NCBI GenBank assembly: GCA_041649675.1
Contig: JBAZMQ010000002.1
Span: 1,920 to 65,919 of the forward strand
Length of the DNA: 64,000 bases
Direction: 5' to 3'
Source: Patescibacteria group bacterium
GTDB taxonomy: Bacteria > Patescibacteriota > Patescibacteriia > Buchananbacterales > UBA6539
Made by a program: the position numbers and the translations under genes
The notes under the pieces: model-generated
Told to the model about the DNA's origin: nothing
Seen by the model: only the letters and a program-made list of their open reading frames with translations
Database searches by the model: none
In this document: in pieces, positions 41,546-51,279 of the stretch
How positions within the stretch are numbered: position 1 is the first letter of the stretch
Layout of the letters: each line of letters opens with the position of its first letter

Positions 41546-41716
41546 AAAAAAGCCTTCCGAGTGGAAGGCTTTTTGTATCGTCTAACTTGATGTTATCTCA
41601 TAAGAAAGCTTCCACCCTGAGGCTGGCTAATAATGATAATGCTGATAATAATGTTTTTTCTGGTGGAAAGCATAATTGTATTTTTCTATCTTAAAGGATT
41701 ACCCAAAAAAAGTCAA
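41546..41716 (-). promoter_or_regulatory. Isoleucine transcription attenuator with promoter
   Basis: TTGACT-N17-TAAGAT; TTCCACC/GGTGGAA 1:2; GTGGAAG/CTTCCAC antiterminator; AAAAAGCCTTCC-ACTC-GGAAGGCTTTTTT terminator. Confidence 0.9.
41593..41673 (-). CDS. Leader peptide MLSTRKNIIISIIIISQPQGGSFLMR (Ile-rich)
   Basis: IIISIIII run upstream of cimA. Confidence 0.92.
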   Translation of the reverse strand: MLSTRKNIIISIIIISQPQGGSFLMR

Positions 41717-41762
41717 GCCAAACAAAAGATTTATCTATCTTTAACAAAAATTAACCTCCAAG

Positions 41763-41915
41763 CTATATTTGCGCTGCCCAGGCAAAAACATAGCCTAAAA
41801 TTGAGAGGGTTAACATAATAGCAAAAATGGATAAACCCAAAAACGTACCGGCTTCAGTCAAACTTTTTAACCGCGGCTTTGGCTTACAGCGATAATTGTG
41901 GCTTAAATATGGCAT
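41763..41915 (-). CDS. Possible 50-aa single-TM protein (below the ORF-track cutoff)
   Basis: MPYLSHNYRCKPKPRLKSLTEAGTFLGLSIFAIMLTLSILGYVFAWAAQI. Confidence 0.45.
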   Translation of the reverse strand: MPYLSHNYRCKPKPRLKSLTEAGTFLGLSIFAIMLTLSILGYVFAWAAQI

Positions 41916-41942
41916 TAATAAAAAAAATAAAAACCCAATTAA

Positions 41943-42119
41943 TTAGCTGATATGATCATCAACGAATTTAATCAGGTCTTTTTCTAAAACACGATAAGTT
42001 TTGTGGCCAATTTTGGCTGCTCGTAATTTTTTCGAACTAACCCAACGGTAAACCGTCTTTTGGCTTACCTTCATAATCTTGGCGACTTCCTCAAGCGTTA
42101 AAATTCCGTAATTAGACAC
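41943..42119 (-). CDS. 58-aa excisionase-family (HTH_17) DNA-binding protein, GTG start
   Basis: ILTLEEVAKIMKVSQKTVYRWVSSKKLRAAKIGHKTYRV. Confidence 0.85.
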   Translation of the reverse strand: MSNYGILTLEEVAKIMKVSQKTVYRWVSSKKLRAAKIGHKTYRVLEKDLIKFVDDHIS

Positions 42120-42321
42120 AAAAATAAATTTGGTGACCTAATGGTCAACTTATTTAAATTGTACAAGATTGTGTCCACCATTGTCAAGCATAAGTAAACT
42201 ATAATAGCAATATAATATACTATTGTCCTGCATTGTCCAATACCAAAATATTCAAAATAACTAAAAAATGGCTTTTTAAGGCCATTTTTTAAAAATATAC
42301 TAAATTTTAATTCCCTACCTT

Positions 42322-42921
42322 TTAGGACTCAAACATCACGTCTTCATCAGTCCTTTTGTAGTTATCCACAATATCATTTTTCTTAAACCAAAGCTGCTCC
42401 TCATACTTAGCTTCTTCAGGGTTACCGGAAGCATGCACGATATTTCTGACCGCTCGTTTTTTAGTATTAGCCAAAGCCGGCGAATCAATTGAATAATCTC
42501 CCCGAATGGTCCCTGGCGTAGCAAAAACTGGCAAAGTATTTCCGGCAATTGACCGAACATTATCAATTGCATGAACACCTTCCAAAAGAATGGCAATAAC
42601 CGGGCCGGAAGTAATAAAATCAATATTCCATTTGTTTACCATCTGGCCAATTTCTTCAGCTGACATCTTACCAAAATCTTCTCCCGGATCCATACCGTAT
42701 TTTTCATAAGTCTGCAAAGTTTTTTCCCCAATCCCTTTTAGCAATTCCTTTCGCGAATCGGGATAATGTTTATTGGCTAAATCTTTATCAGCCCAAACCA
42801 TTTTTAAACCTAAGATCTTTAAACCCATTTTTTCAAAACGGGTAATAACCTCCCCTATCAAACCACGTTTAACACCGTCAGGTTTGACTAGGACTACTGT
42901 TCTTTCTTTTCTTAATTCCAT
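42322..42921 (-). CDS. ndk: Nucleoside-diphosphate kinase (start MELRKE)
   Basis: VKPDGVKRGL, SGPV, PGTIRGDY, NIVHAS. Confidence 0.95.
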   Translation of the reverse strand: MELRKERTVVLVKPDGVKRGLIGEVITRFEKMGLKILGLKMVWADKDLANKHYPDSRKELLKGIGEKTLQTYEKYGMDPGEDFGKMSAEEIGQMVNKWNIDFITSGPVIAILLEGVHAIDNVRSIAGNTLPVFATPGTIRGDYSIDSPALANTKKRAVRNIVHASGNPEEAKYEEQLWFKKNDIVDNYKRTDEDVMFES

Positions 42922-42943
42922 AAATTTATTTTTAACCTGTCTG

Positions 42944-43324
42944 CTAGGCAGGCAGGAATGATTTAATTTTTTCAACCACCTGACTTGGCGTCATTGAAGC
43001 TTTTACTATGTAATCAGTTGCACCCAAACTTTGACCTTTTTCAATATCTGCCTTTTGGCCTAAGTTAGACAACAACAGAACCGGAATGTCTTTAGTTTTT
43101 GCATCTTTTTTTAACTCAATCAAAACGGCAAAGCCATCCATTTTCGGCATCATGATATCCAAGAGGATCATGCTTGGTGATTCCTTTTGAGCCAGATCTA
43201 AACCACTGAGTCCATCCTCAGCATTAATGATGTTGTAACCCGAATCTTTAAATTTCAAAGTGTACATTTCAAGAAGTGATTTGTCGTCTTCAATAAGTAA
43301 AATTTTGTATTTTGTATTTTCCAT
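42944..43324 (-). CDS. Single-domain response regulator
   Basis: IEDD, LLDIMMPKMDG, YIVK. Confidence 0.93.
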   Translation of the reverse strand: MENTKYKILLIEDDKSLLEMYTLKFKDSGYNIINAEDGLSGLDLAQKESPSMILLDIMMPKMDGFAVLIELKKDAKTKDIPVLLLSNLGQKADIEKGQSLGATDYIVKASMTPSQVVEKIKSFLPA

Positions 43325-43375
43325 ATAAAAACATTATAGCAAAATATCAAATATTTTTCAAGTGAAATAATATTT

Positions 43376-44230
43376 TTAGCGCCAAAATTTTTGACCATCG
43401 GAATGAATTATTATGTCACCAGCGGCAAAAGTGCTTAACCAAGAGATTTTTAACTGTTCCAGGCGCTGTAGAACTTGCGGACTCGGATGGCCAAATTTAT
43501 TAACCCCAAAAGAAATTATTGCCAAGTCTGGCTTAGCTTTGATTAAAAAATTTTGGCTTGAGCAAGTATTGCTGCCATGATGTCCAAGCTTTAAAACATC
43601 GGTTGAAATTGGTATTTTACTAGCCAATAAGTAATCCTCTATCTTAATTGGTGCATCCCCCGTAAATAACGAGGAAAAATGATTATAATTTAATTTTACA
43701 ACAATCGATGAATCGTTTTTTTCTTTAAAATTTTTGCCAGCCAGTGATTGCTGCGGATAAAGAATTGATAAACTAACCTCCTGACCCAAATTTATTCCCT
43801 TAACATCACCAGCGACCAAAACCGACAAATTTTTATCTTTAATCGTTTGCCAAAAACTTTTATAAACAGCAGAGTCATCAGAAATTTTAGTCAACAAAAT
43901 ATTTTTAACTTGGTAGCGTTTTAAAACTTCAATCAAACCGACCAAATGATCACTGTCGGGATGAGTTAAAATTACTAAATCAATTGTTCGGTCGTAAAAA
44001 GGCAAATATTTTCCTAATTTATACAAAACTAAATTATTCACTCCCCCATCAATTAAAATATTGTAACGGTTTGGGGTTTTGATAAAAATACTGTCACCCT
44101 GGCCGACATCAAAAAAATAAATCTGTAAATTAGCCGGTTGAAGTTGAAAAAATAAAACTGCGGCGGTCAAAAGTAAAACAATGGTTAAGGTGGCATAAAA
44201 GCTTAAAATAATTTTCTTGGATTTTTTCAT
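43376..44230 (-). CDS. ComEC-associated metallo-beta-lactamase-fold protein
   Basis: DVGQGD, THPDSDH, KLGHHGS, FGHP. Confidence 0.9.
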   Translation of the reverse strand: MKKSKKIILSFYATLTIVLLLTAAVLFFQLQPANLQIYFFDVGQGDSIFIKTPNRYNILIDGGVNNLVLYKLGKYLPFYDRTIDLVILTHPDSDHLVGLIEVLKRYQVKNILLTKISDDSAVYKSFWQTIKDKNLSVLVAGDVKGINLGQEVSLSILYPQQSLAGKNFKEKNDSSIVVKLNYNHFSSLFTGDAPIKIEDYLLASKIPISTDVLKLGHHGSNTCSSQNFLIKAKPDLAIISFGVNKFGHPSPQVLQRLEQLKISWLSTFAAGDIIIHSDGQKFWR

Positions 44231-44237
44231 ACTTAAA

Positions 44238-45632
44238 TCAGAAATTAAGAGCAGCCAAAGGCAAGCTGCTAAAAAAAGCAATTGTTTTTATTAAATAAGT
44301 CATTATTAACCAAACTGGCCAAAAGAAATATAACGAGGCAAAAGGAAATAAAAAACTAAGCATTAATGAACCAAAACCAATTATGGTTAAAGGCAATATC
44401 ATTGGCACCACTAATAAATTAACTATTGGGCCACTCAAAGACAGGCGGCCAAAATTAAAAACAATTACTGGCATCGTTGCCACTTGCGCTGCTAAAGTCA
44501 TGGCTAAAGCTTCAGTTAAGCCAAAGCGTGAAGGCAGCTTGGCCAGTTTAGCCTCAAAAAAAGGATAAAAATAAATCAACCCAATAACGGCTAAAAAAGA
44601 AAGCTGAAAACCAACATCATCGCGTAAAATTTTTGGACTTAAAAAAATCATTACCGAAGCCGAAAGCAGTAAAGCGTTGGTTGAACGATTCAATCGGCCA
44701 ACATAAATTGCTAACATTGAAATCCAGCCCATAATCGCTGCCCGAACAGCTGAAGCCGGAAAACCAATCATAGTAATAAAAAAAATTAAAATCAAAGTGA
44801 TTAACCAAAATGATTTTTTTCTAGAAATATAGCAAGCTAAACACACTTCCAATAAAATTGCCGAGATGATGGTAATGTTCATACCTGAAATGGCAACCAA
44901 ATGGCTGGTACCGGTAGTTGAAAAATTATCAGATACTTCCTGAGGAATGCCGCCGCGCGAACCAAAGTTCATGGCAAAAAATAAACTGGCCTGCGGTTCG
45001 GGTAAATTCGCATTAACAATTTGCAAGACTTCATTTTTAAAAACAAAAATTTGCTGCAAGAAATAATTACCCTGACTTGATTTAATTAAACTAACTTTGG
45101 GATAAGAACAAATAACATAAATATCATCTTTAGCTAAAAAGCGATCATAAGCAAAACCGGAAAAAGGTTCAGGCTTTTTTAGTAGACAAGAAACCGAAAG
45201 TAAATCACCGTATTGATACTGCGGATATAAACTAACATTAAGTAAAACTTTACCACTCACAGGAAACGGTCGACCATTGACTATTAACTGCTTGGCTTGC
45301 ACGATTAACTTTATTTTATCAATTCGCACGTCGGGTTCTTTAATAACCAAACCTTCAAAGCTAACTTTTTGATTATTATAAAACCAAATTTTTGTTTCTG
45401 AACTTACAGGCAGACTTAATTGATATCGCAATATACCTAAAGCCAAAAATATTATACCGAGGCAAAAGTAACGCCAAGTCGGTTTTGACCAAAACGATGC
45501 CACTAAAACCAAACTAAATAAGATAATTAAAAAAACAAAAAAATAATCAACCAAAACAAAGGACGCCAGGCCAATGCCAGCAATAAATAATAGCAGAAAA
45601 TAGCGAAAAATTTTAGATTTGGTGGATAACAT
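44238..45632 (-). CDS. comEC: ComEC/Rec2 competence membrane protein
   Basis: GTSHLVAISGMN, ASAVRAAIM, DVGFQLSF. Confidence 0.92.
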   Translation of the reverse strand: MLSTKSKIFRYFLLLFIAGIGLASFVLVDYFFVFLIILFSLVLVASFWSKPTWRYFCLGIIFLALGILRYQLSLPVSSETKIWFYNNQKVSFEGLVIKEPDVRIDKIKLIVQAKQLIVNGRPFPVSGKVLLNVSLYPQYQYGDLLSVSCLLKKPEPFSGFAYDRFLAKDDIYVICSYPKVSLIKSSQGNYFLQQIFVFKNEVLQIVNANLPEPQASLFFAMNFGSRGGIPQEVSDNFSTTGTSHLVAISGMNITIISAILLEVCLACYISRKKSFWLITLILIFFITMIGFPASAVRAAIMGWISMLAIYVGRLNRSTNALLLSASVMIFLSPKILRDDVGFQLSFLAVIGLIYFYPFFEAKLAKLPSRFGLTEALAMTLAAQVATMPVIVFNFGRLSLSGPIVNLLVVPMILPLTIIGFGSLMLSFLFPFASLYFFWPVWLIMTYLIKTIAFFSSLPLAALNF

Positions 45633-45708
45633 ATTTGACAAATAGATTAAAAAAGAGGGTAATGAAATTAGGAATTATCACGGTGTTTCCGTAGAAAGGA
45701 GGCGAGCC

Positions 45709-46038
45709 ATGCCTTCCACCATTGCTTCAGAAAGAATTAGCCTTGCTGAATACCTGCAAATGCAAAAGGAAGAAGTTTACAGCGATCTGAATCGTTTAGG
45801 CGCTTGCCAAGAATTTGGTCCAAATCCAACCGATAATCAACTGTGGCAGCACTATATCCACTCTCGCCGAGCCGAAGAAATGGCTGGCATTCACAGCGAT
45901 CTCAATATTCTCGGTTCCAGCGAAGTTATTGGTTGCGATGTTATGTCTTTGTCCTTTGAGCTGCGTGAAGCCGTTCTGACGGCCACCTATCAATTCTGGC
46001 AAATCATCTGCGCCAACCAAGCGGCTAAAAACAATTAG
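45709..46038 (+). CDS. 109-aa orphan protein
   Basis: Strong AAAGGAGG SD before the ATG; hairpin plus U run at ~46044-46075. Confidence 0.7.
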   Translation: MPSTIASERISLAEYLQMQKEEVYSDLNRLGACQEFGPNPTDNQLWQHYIHSRRAEEMAGIHSDLNILGSSEVIGCDVMSLSFELREAVLTATYQFWQIICANQAAKNN

Positions 46039-46164
46039 CGCCCGAGGACTCTCTAATTTGAGCCCTCATTTTTTTAAAAAAACAAAAACGCCCAAACCGG
46101 GCGCTATGTTGATTGTGTGTTGATTTATCTTGCCTATCTTGCTAAAAACTTATCTTGTGCCTTG

Positions 46165-47424
46165 TTACGTCCCAATCTCCCAGCTAGCCAAATATTTCTT
46201 CTGCTCTGCGGTTAAAGTATCAATACCCACTGCCATTGATTTCATTTTTGTCTTGGCAATCCAATTCTCAATTTCGGTTGGAATATAATAAACTTTATTC
46301 TGCATTTTTTTATAATTTTTAACCACGTATTCAGTGGCTAAAGCTTGGGTAGCAAAACTCATATCCATCACTGAAGCCGGATGACCTTCGGCCGCAGCTA
46401 AATTAATCAGTCTCCCCTCGCCCAACAAATAAATTCGGCGGTTATTTTTCAAAGTATACTCGTCAACAAAATTTCTGACATTCTTAGTTAATTTTTTAGC
46501 CAATTTTTTTAGAGCAATAATATCAATTTCAACGTCAAAATGTCCGGAGTTACAAACCACGGCACCATCTTTCATTTTCTTAAAATGCTCAGCGCGCAAA
46601 ACATGAATATCACCGGTCAGAGTACAAAATAAATCACCAATGGCTGCCGCTTTGGCCATGGGCATAACCCGAAAACCATCCATCACCGCCTCAATGGCTT
46701 TGATCGGATCAACTTCAGTCACAATCACGTTAGCGCCCATACCACGGGCTCGCATGGAAAAACCCTTGCCACACCAACCATAACCAGCTACCACCACATT
46801 TTTACCGGCTAACAAAATATCGGTCGCCCGAATAATACCATCCAAAGTTGATTGGCCAGTGCCGTAACGATTATCAAACATATTCTTAGTCTTGGCATCA
46901 TTGACCGCAATAATCGGTACTAACAACTTACCTTCTTTTTCCAAAGCTTTTAAACGAATCACACCAGTAGTGGTTTCTTCCATTGAACCTTTGACCTTAA
47001 AAGCCTGATCTTTATATTTGGTATGAAGTAATGATAATAAATCAGCGCCATCATCCATGGTAATTTCCGGCTGATGTTTGATCGCGGCAACTAAATTACT
47101 ATAATAACTTTTTTTATCTTCGCCGCACTTGGCAAACACTTTAATCCCATAATTTTTAACTAAAGCGGCTGCCACATCGTCTTGAGTCGAAAGCGGATTA
47201 GAAGCACAAAGCAAAACATCAGCCCCGCCAGCCTTTAAAGTCCGAACCAAGTTAGCGGTTTCGCAAGTAACATGCAAGCAGCAAGAAATTTTTAAACCTT
47301 TCAAAGTTTTAGCTTTAGCAAATCGTTTTTTAATTTCACCCAAAACCGGCATATCGCGCTCAGCCCATTCAATTCTTTTTTTACCCTCGGCCGCTAATTT
47401 GATATTTTTGACGTCGTATTTCAT
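46165..47424 (-). CDS. ahcY: Adenosylhomocysteinase
   Basis: [36 protein letters not shown]. Confidence 0.97.
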   Translation of the reverse strand: MKYDVKNIKLAAEGKKRIEWAERDMPVLGEIKKRFAKAKTLKGLKISCCLHVTCETANLVRTLKAGGADVLLCASNPLSTQDDVAAALVKNYGIKVFAKCGEDKKSYYSNLVAAIKHQPEITMDDGADLLSLLHTKYKDQAFKVKGSMEETTTGVIRLKALEKEGKLLVPIIAVNDAKTKNMFDNRYGTGQSTLDGIIRATDILLAGKNVVVAGYGWCGKGFSMRARGMGANVIVTEVDPIKAIEAVMDGFRVMPMAKAAAIGDLFCTLTGDIHVLRAEHFKKMKDGAVVCNSGHFDVEIDIIALKKLAKKLTKNVRNFVDEYTLKNNRRIYLLGEGRLINLAAAEGHPASVMDMSFATQALATEYVVKNYKKMQNKVYYIPTEIENWIAKTKMKSMAVGIDTLTAEQKKYLASWEIGT

Positions 47425-47458
47425 TATTTTTTTAATTAATCTTAACTAAAATATTCTA

Positions 47459-48508
47459 TCATTTATTTAATTTTCTGACAATCCCCTGATTCGCATCCAC
47501 TTCCACTAAGTCACCATCTTTAAAAACTTGAGTGGCAATTTTGGTACCAATAACGCATGGTATCTTTAATTCCCTAGATATTATAGCGGCGTGACAAGCG
47601 ATTCCGCCTTCATCAGTGACTATTGCCTTTACCTTACCTAAAAAAGGAAAAAACCGAACTGAAGTCATTGGCGTTATAATTACTTTGTTTTTAACATTTT
47701 CCAAATCATCTAAGCTAAAAACTTTTTTAATACGACCTTTCGCCATGCCCCGATAAGCCACTTTACCCTGGATGATTGATGTAGCCTGATTTTCTAATTT
47801 TATCTCTTTCTTCTCCTGCATCACCGCTTTCTTACTGGAAAAAATTTGCACTCGGTTTTTGCCAACCAAGATAAGACAATGCCTATTTCTTTCTTGAAGA
47901 ATTTTATTATTTGTTTTCACTTTCTTTTCTGAAAAAAGGCTTAGCAGTTCGTTGGGAAAAGCGGCAAACAATAATTTAGCCTTAATATTTTTCCTTTGGC
48001 CAATTTCTTTAAAAAGTAACGGCAAAAATTGATCTTGAATCTGCTCATAATAAGCTGTACCTCTTAATTTTCTAAGTTTATTTTTTGTTTCCTTAGATAG
48101 GTCTGATTCTTTAAAGACCATGCCATAATATTTGGGTATGGTAAACAAAGGAAAATAATCAAGATAAACTGCCAAAAAACTTTTAAATAAATTTAGAAGC
48201 TCTAAGTCGGTCAAAGAGCTCATTTTTTTAATTTTCAAAAAAATTTTTAATTTCTTATTTTGCCGGTCTAATTTGCTTAGAATGATTAAAAATTTAGCTT
48301 TTTTATTTTTTAAAAAATTTAGAAAAAACTCATACTCTTTGGTATCCCTATAAGAATATACTATTCCTTTTTTGTAGATCAACAAAAAATTTTTAAAACT
48401 AAAACCAATCTGCTTATTAAAAAATTTAGTATAACCTAAAAGAATACAATAAGCGGTAAACAAATCAATTTTTCTCTCCGTAAATTTTGTCCATCTCTTA
48501 TCTTTCAT
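47459..48508 (-). CDS. Protein with C-terminal PEP-utilizing mobile (phospho-His) domain
   Basis: TDEGGIACHAAIISRELKIPCVIGTKIAT...VEVDANQGIV. Confidence 0.85.
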   Translation of the reverse strand: MKDKRWTKFTERKIDLFTAYCILLGYTKFFNKQIGFSFKNFLLIYKKGIVYSYRDTKEYEFFLNFLKNKKAKFLIILSKLDRQNKKLKIFLKIKKMSSLTDLELLNLFKSFLAVYLDYFPLFTIPKYYGMVFKESDLSKETKNKLRKLRGTAYYEQIQDQFLPLLFKEIGQRKNIKAKLLFAAFPNELLSLFSEKKVKTNNKILQERNRHCLILVGKNRVQIFSSKKAVMQEKKEIKLENQATSIIQGKVAYRGMAKGRIKKVFSLDDLENVKNKVIITPMTSVRFFPFLGKVKAIVTDEGGIACHAAIISRELKIPCVIGTKIATQVFKDGDLVEVDANQGIVRKLNK

Positions 48509-49292
48509 ATCTTCCTACTAATTTTCTAAGTTTGCTTAAGTCAATATCGTATTCTTTGTCTCGCAAAATCAAAGTGGCCTTCACCTCGTTATCAACTTTC
48601 TCTAGGTTCAAAGAGAAACCTTCGGTTTCCTTAATCGGGCCACCAATTTTTTCTATAAAACTGTCGCCTAAAGCATCTTTGTCGGTTTCAACATTTTCAC
48701 CAATACTATAATACAAGAAAGGATGCATCATTACGTCATGACTCACTATAGTTTTTGGAATTTTACTGACCCTGGCTTTTTGCTGTGAATTGTTTAATTG
48801 ATCCACTAGACCTAAAATGACTACTGAATAATGAGCTGCTGCTTCCTGAGGCGATATCGTCTCCTCAAAAGGTTTTTTATCTTTAAAATCTAAATACCAC
48901 TGTTCAGCCGCCGCCTTTCCTTTCTCTCTCATAATTTCACGATACTGATTTAAAAATCTCCCCTCGTCTCCACCCCAAAAATCATCAGCCCCAAGATGCC
49001 GGCTCTGAATTATTCTACCTTTACCTAAACCTAAAACTTCATCGCCTTCTTGCCAAATTGTTTCTTGCATTTTTTGGGCCGTATCGTCAGTCCTTATCAC
49101 TTCGCTAACGTAACAATCGCCCGGATTATAAGGTGGCTTCAATAAAGTTACTGCTTTTGCTTTTTTCTCTCCATTTTCTGTTAAAGGATTAATATTTTCT
49201 CTATCCCTTTCACTATGACGACGACAATCAATAGTATAAGCAGTAACTAATTGCTCATTTTGCTCAGGAGAATAAAATATTTCTTTTTCCAT
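48498..49292 (-). CDS. Histidine-phosphatase-superfamily-like protein
   Basis: RRHSE, LTENG, SxVIRTxxTA, VSHD pattern. Confidence 0.55.
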   Translation of the reverse strand: MEKEIFYSPEQNEQLVTAYTIDCRRHSERDRENINPLTENGEKKAKAVTLLKPPYNPGDCYVSEVIRTDDTAQKMQETIWQEGDEVLGLGKGRIIQSRHLGADDFWGGDEGRFLNQYREIMREKGKAAAEQWYLDFKDKKPFEETISPQEAAAHYSVVILGLVDQLNNSQQKARVSKIPKTIVSHDVMMHPFLYYSIGENVETDKDALGDSFIEKIGGPIKETEGFSLNLEKVDNEVKATLILRDKEYDIDLSKLRKLVGRYER

Positions 49293-49314
49293 AATAATAC
49301 AACAATATTTCTAT

Positions 49315-50289
49315 TTAAAGTTTTTCTTGAAAATTTTGCCAATACCTTTTCTCCAATTCTTTCCTGGCAAATTTATGCGTCTGGGTGCCATACTTCTCCA
49401 CGGTGTAAACCGAAACTAGGCCAGCTAACCGACCAACTTTAGGCAATGGCCAGTTATTCAACAAACCATGAATCAAACCAGCGCGATAAGCATCGCCCGC
49501 CCCGGTCGGGTCGGAAGTGTTGCGTGGCTTAGCTGACGGTATGCGCAACATCCTGAGGCCGCTTGAGGCGGCCAAAGGATCTCTGTATTGGATAATTGAT
49601 CCCTTTGCCCCCAAGGTAGTAACTAAAATTTGAGTTCGCTTAACTAAATCACCATTTTGCCAACCGGTCTTTTTAGAAATTAAATTGATTTCGTAATCAT
49701 TGCCAATTAAAACTTTACTGCCTAAAATCGCTTGCTTAAGCTGGTTGCCGGAAAGCGAAGTAGTTTGTTGGCCCGGATCAAAAATATAAGCAATCTTTTT
49801 TTGTTTAAAAAGTTTTGGCAATTTAATCATATCAACGGGATTTTGCGGCGAAACAATGGCCAAGTCGGCTTTGGGATTTAAGCTTTGGGATTTAAGCTTT
49901 TGAGTGACTGGCGTATTGATCGCGCCCGGATAAAAGCCAGAGATTTGATTATCGGCCTGATCGGTAATAATATAGGCCGAAGCGGTGTGTTGATTAGGTA
50001 TTATTTTAATTTGGCTTAAATCAATTTTGTTTTTCTTAAGCCAAGCCTCGTATAAAATAAAATCCTTAGACCCAACGTGGGCTAAAATTGTCGGTCTTTG
50101 ACCAAGCAAGGAAAGATTATAAGCAATGTTGCCAGCCGTGCCGCCAAAACTTTCCTTTAAGTCCTGAACTAAAAAAGAAACATTCAAAATATGCAGTTTA
50201 TCCGGCAAAATCTGATCCTTAAAATAACCGGGGAAATCCATGATCCGGTCATAAGCAACCGAACCGGTGACTAAAATTTTTTGATTCAT
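49315..50289 (-). CDS. PfkB-family kinase (adenosine kinase-like)
   Basis: GSVAYD, FGGTAGNIAY, DPGQQ, DPTGAGDAYRAG. Confidence 0.9.
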   Translation of the reverse strand: MNQKILVTGSVAYDRIMDFPGYFKDQILPDKLHILNVSFLVQDLKESFGGTAGNIAYNLSLLGQRPTILAHVGSKDFILYEAWLKKNKIDLSQIKIIPNQHTASAYIITDQADNQISGFYPGAINTPVTQKLKSQSLNPKADLAIVSPQNPVDMIKLPKLFKQKKIAYIFDPGQQTTSLSGNQLKQAILGSKVLIGNDYEINLISKKTGWQNGDLVKRTQILVTTLGAKGSIIQYRDPLAASSGLRMLRIPSAKPRNTSDPTGAGDAYRAGLIHGLLNNWPLPKVGRLAGLVSVYTVEKYGTQTHKFARKELEKRYWQNFQEKL

Positions 50290-50313
50290 AATTTTAGGTT
50301 TTTTTGTTTTTAT

Positions 50314-50389
50314 CCCCTCACCCCCAGCCCCTCTCCCCGCTTGAAGCGGGGAGAGGGTGTCCCGATGTTAAATCGGGACGGGTGAGGGG
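50314..50389. repeat. GC-rich cruciform REP-like element, copy 1
   Basis: CCCCTCACCC...CCCTCTCCCCGCTTGAAGCGGGGAGAGGG...GGGTGAGGGG. Confidence 0.8.
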
Positions 50390-50405
50390 TCCAAAAAATT
50401 AAATA

Positions 50406-51248
50406 TTAACTTAAGTCACTATCTTTATTACCTGGTAAAAATTCCTTTTGTTTATATAAATAACTTAGTTCATCTTCATTGGCATATTTCAAAATCGTTG
50501 TTTTCCAAAAATCATAAGGAAAATAACCGGCGTCAAATTTTATTGAATCTTTACTGTGCGGTTTTGATTTTTCAGCGATTGATTTATAATCAATTATTTC
50601 AAGGGGCTGAAAAATTGGATGGTTTTGTTTAATTAATTTTTCGGCACTCGGATAACGGCTGGCAAAATCGGAAAATAATTTAGTGTAAGATTCAAAGGGA
50701 TTTGGCAAACGCCCGTATTCACTATCAACATTTTCAAACAAGGTATGATTACCGCCAAACGCTTCGTGCAAAGCTTCGCCAAAGGCATCAAATTTGTCAG
50801 CGAATTTTACCAACTGAGCCTCTGCACCTTTGAGATCTAAAAAATCGGAAAGCAGCTTTTGGTAGTTATAATCAGCAATCATTTCAGGAAATAACTCAGC
50901 CACTTTGGCAATCGCTAATCGCTCTCTTTGGTTTAACTCAATTTTTTGCTCGGCCGAAAGCTTTTGTTTATGACCAAATTCAAAATCACCCATAATAATT
51001 TCGTGATCATCGTGAACCAAAGCCATAATTTTGGCCTTGTTGCGATCTAGTGAATCACCAAAGGCCGCTTGAGCATACGGCAATAGTTCGCTTACCAACC
51101 AACAAACTTTTTTTGAATGGATTAATAAATCCGGCCGATAAAAAACAATTTGATAACTATCAAACCGCGTAATTTTTTGCAGCTGTTCTTGTCGATTTTT
51201 GAAATCAGAAAACAAAAAATCTAAATTTATATCACCGTCAGCCGTCAT
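50406..51248 (-). CDS. HD-domain hydrolase (YfbR-like)
   Basis: HS...ALVHDDHE...GD...VKFADKFD. Confidence 0.8.
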   Translation of the reverse strand: MTADGDINLDFLFSDFKNRQEQLQKITRFDSYQIVFYRPDLLIHSKKVCWLVSELLPYAQAAFGDSLDRNKAKIMALVHDDHEIIMGDFEFGHKQKLSAEQKIELNQRERLAIAKVAELFPEMIADYNYQKLLSDFLDLKGAEAQLVKFADKFDAFGEALHEAFGGNHTLFENVDSEYGRLPNPFESYTKLFSDFASRYPSAEKLIKQNHPIFQPLEIIDYKSIAEKSKPHSKDSIKFDAGYFPYDFWKTTILKYANEDELSYLYKQKEFLPGNKDSDLS

Positions 51249-51279
51249 AAATATTATTCAATTGATTACTTTTAGTAAA

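Noticed and set aside
36155-41716. T-box interpretation of the leaders
   Set aside because: Leaders are short, and I see no stem I/specifier or UGGNACC T-box motif; the GGGTGGAAG stretch is explained by leader coding and hairpin pairing.
41633-41818. 61-aa plus-strand ORF MIMLIIMFF
   Set aside because: Antisense of the Ile leader and its promoter.
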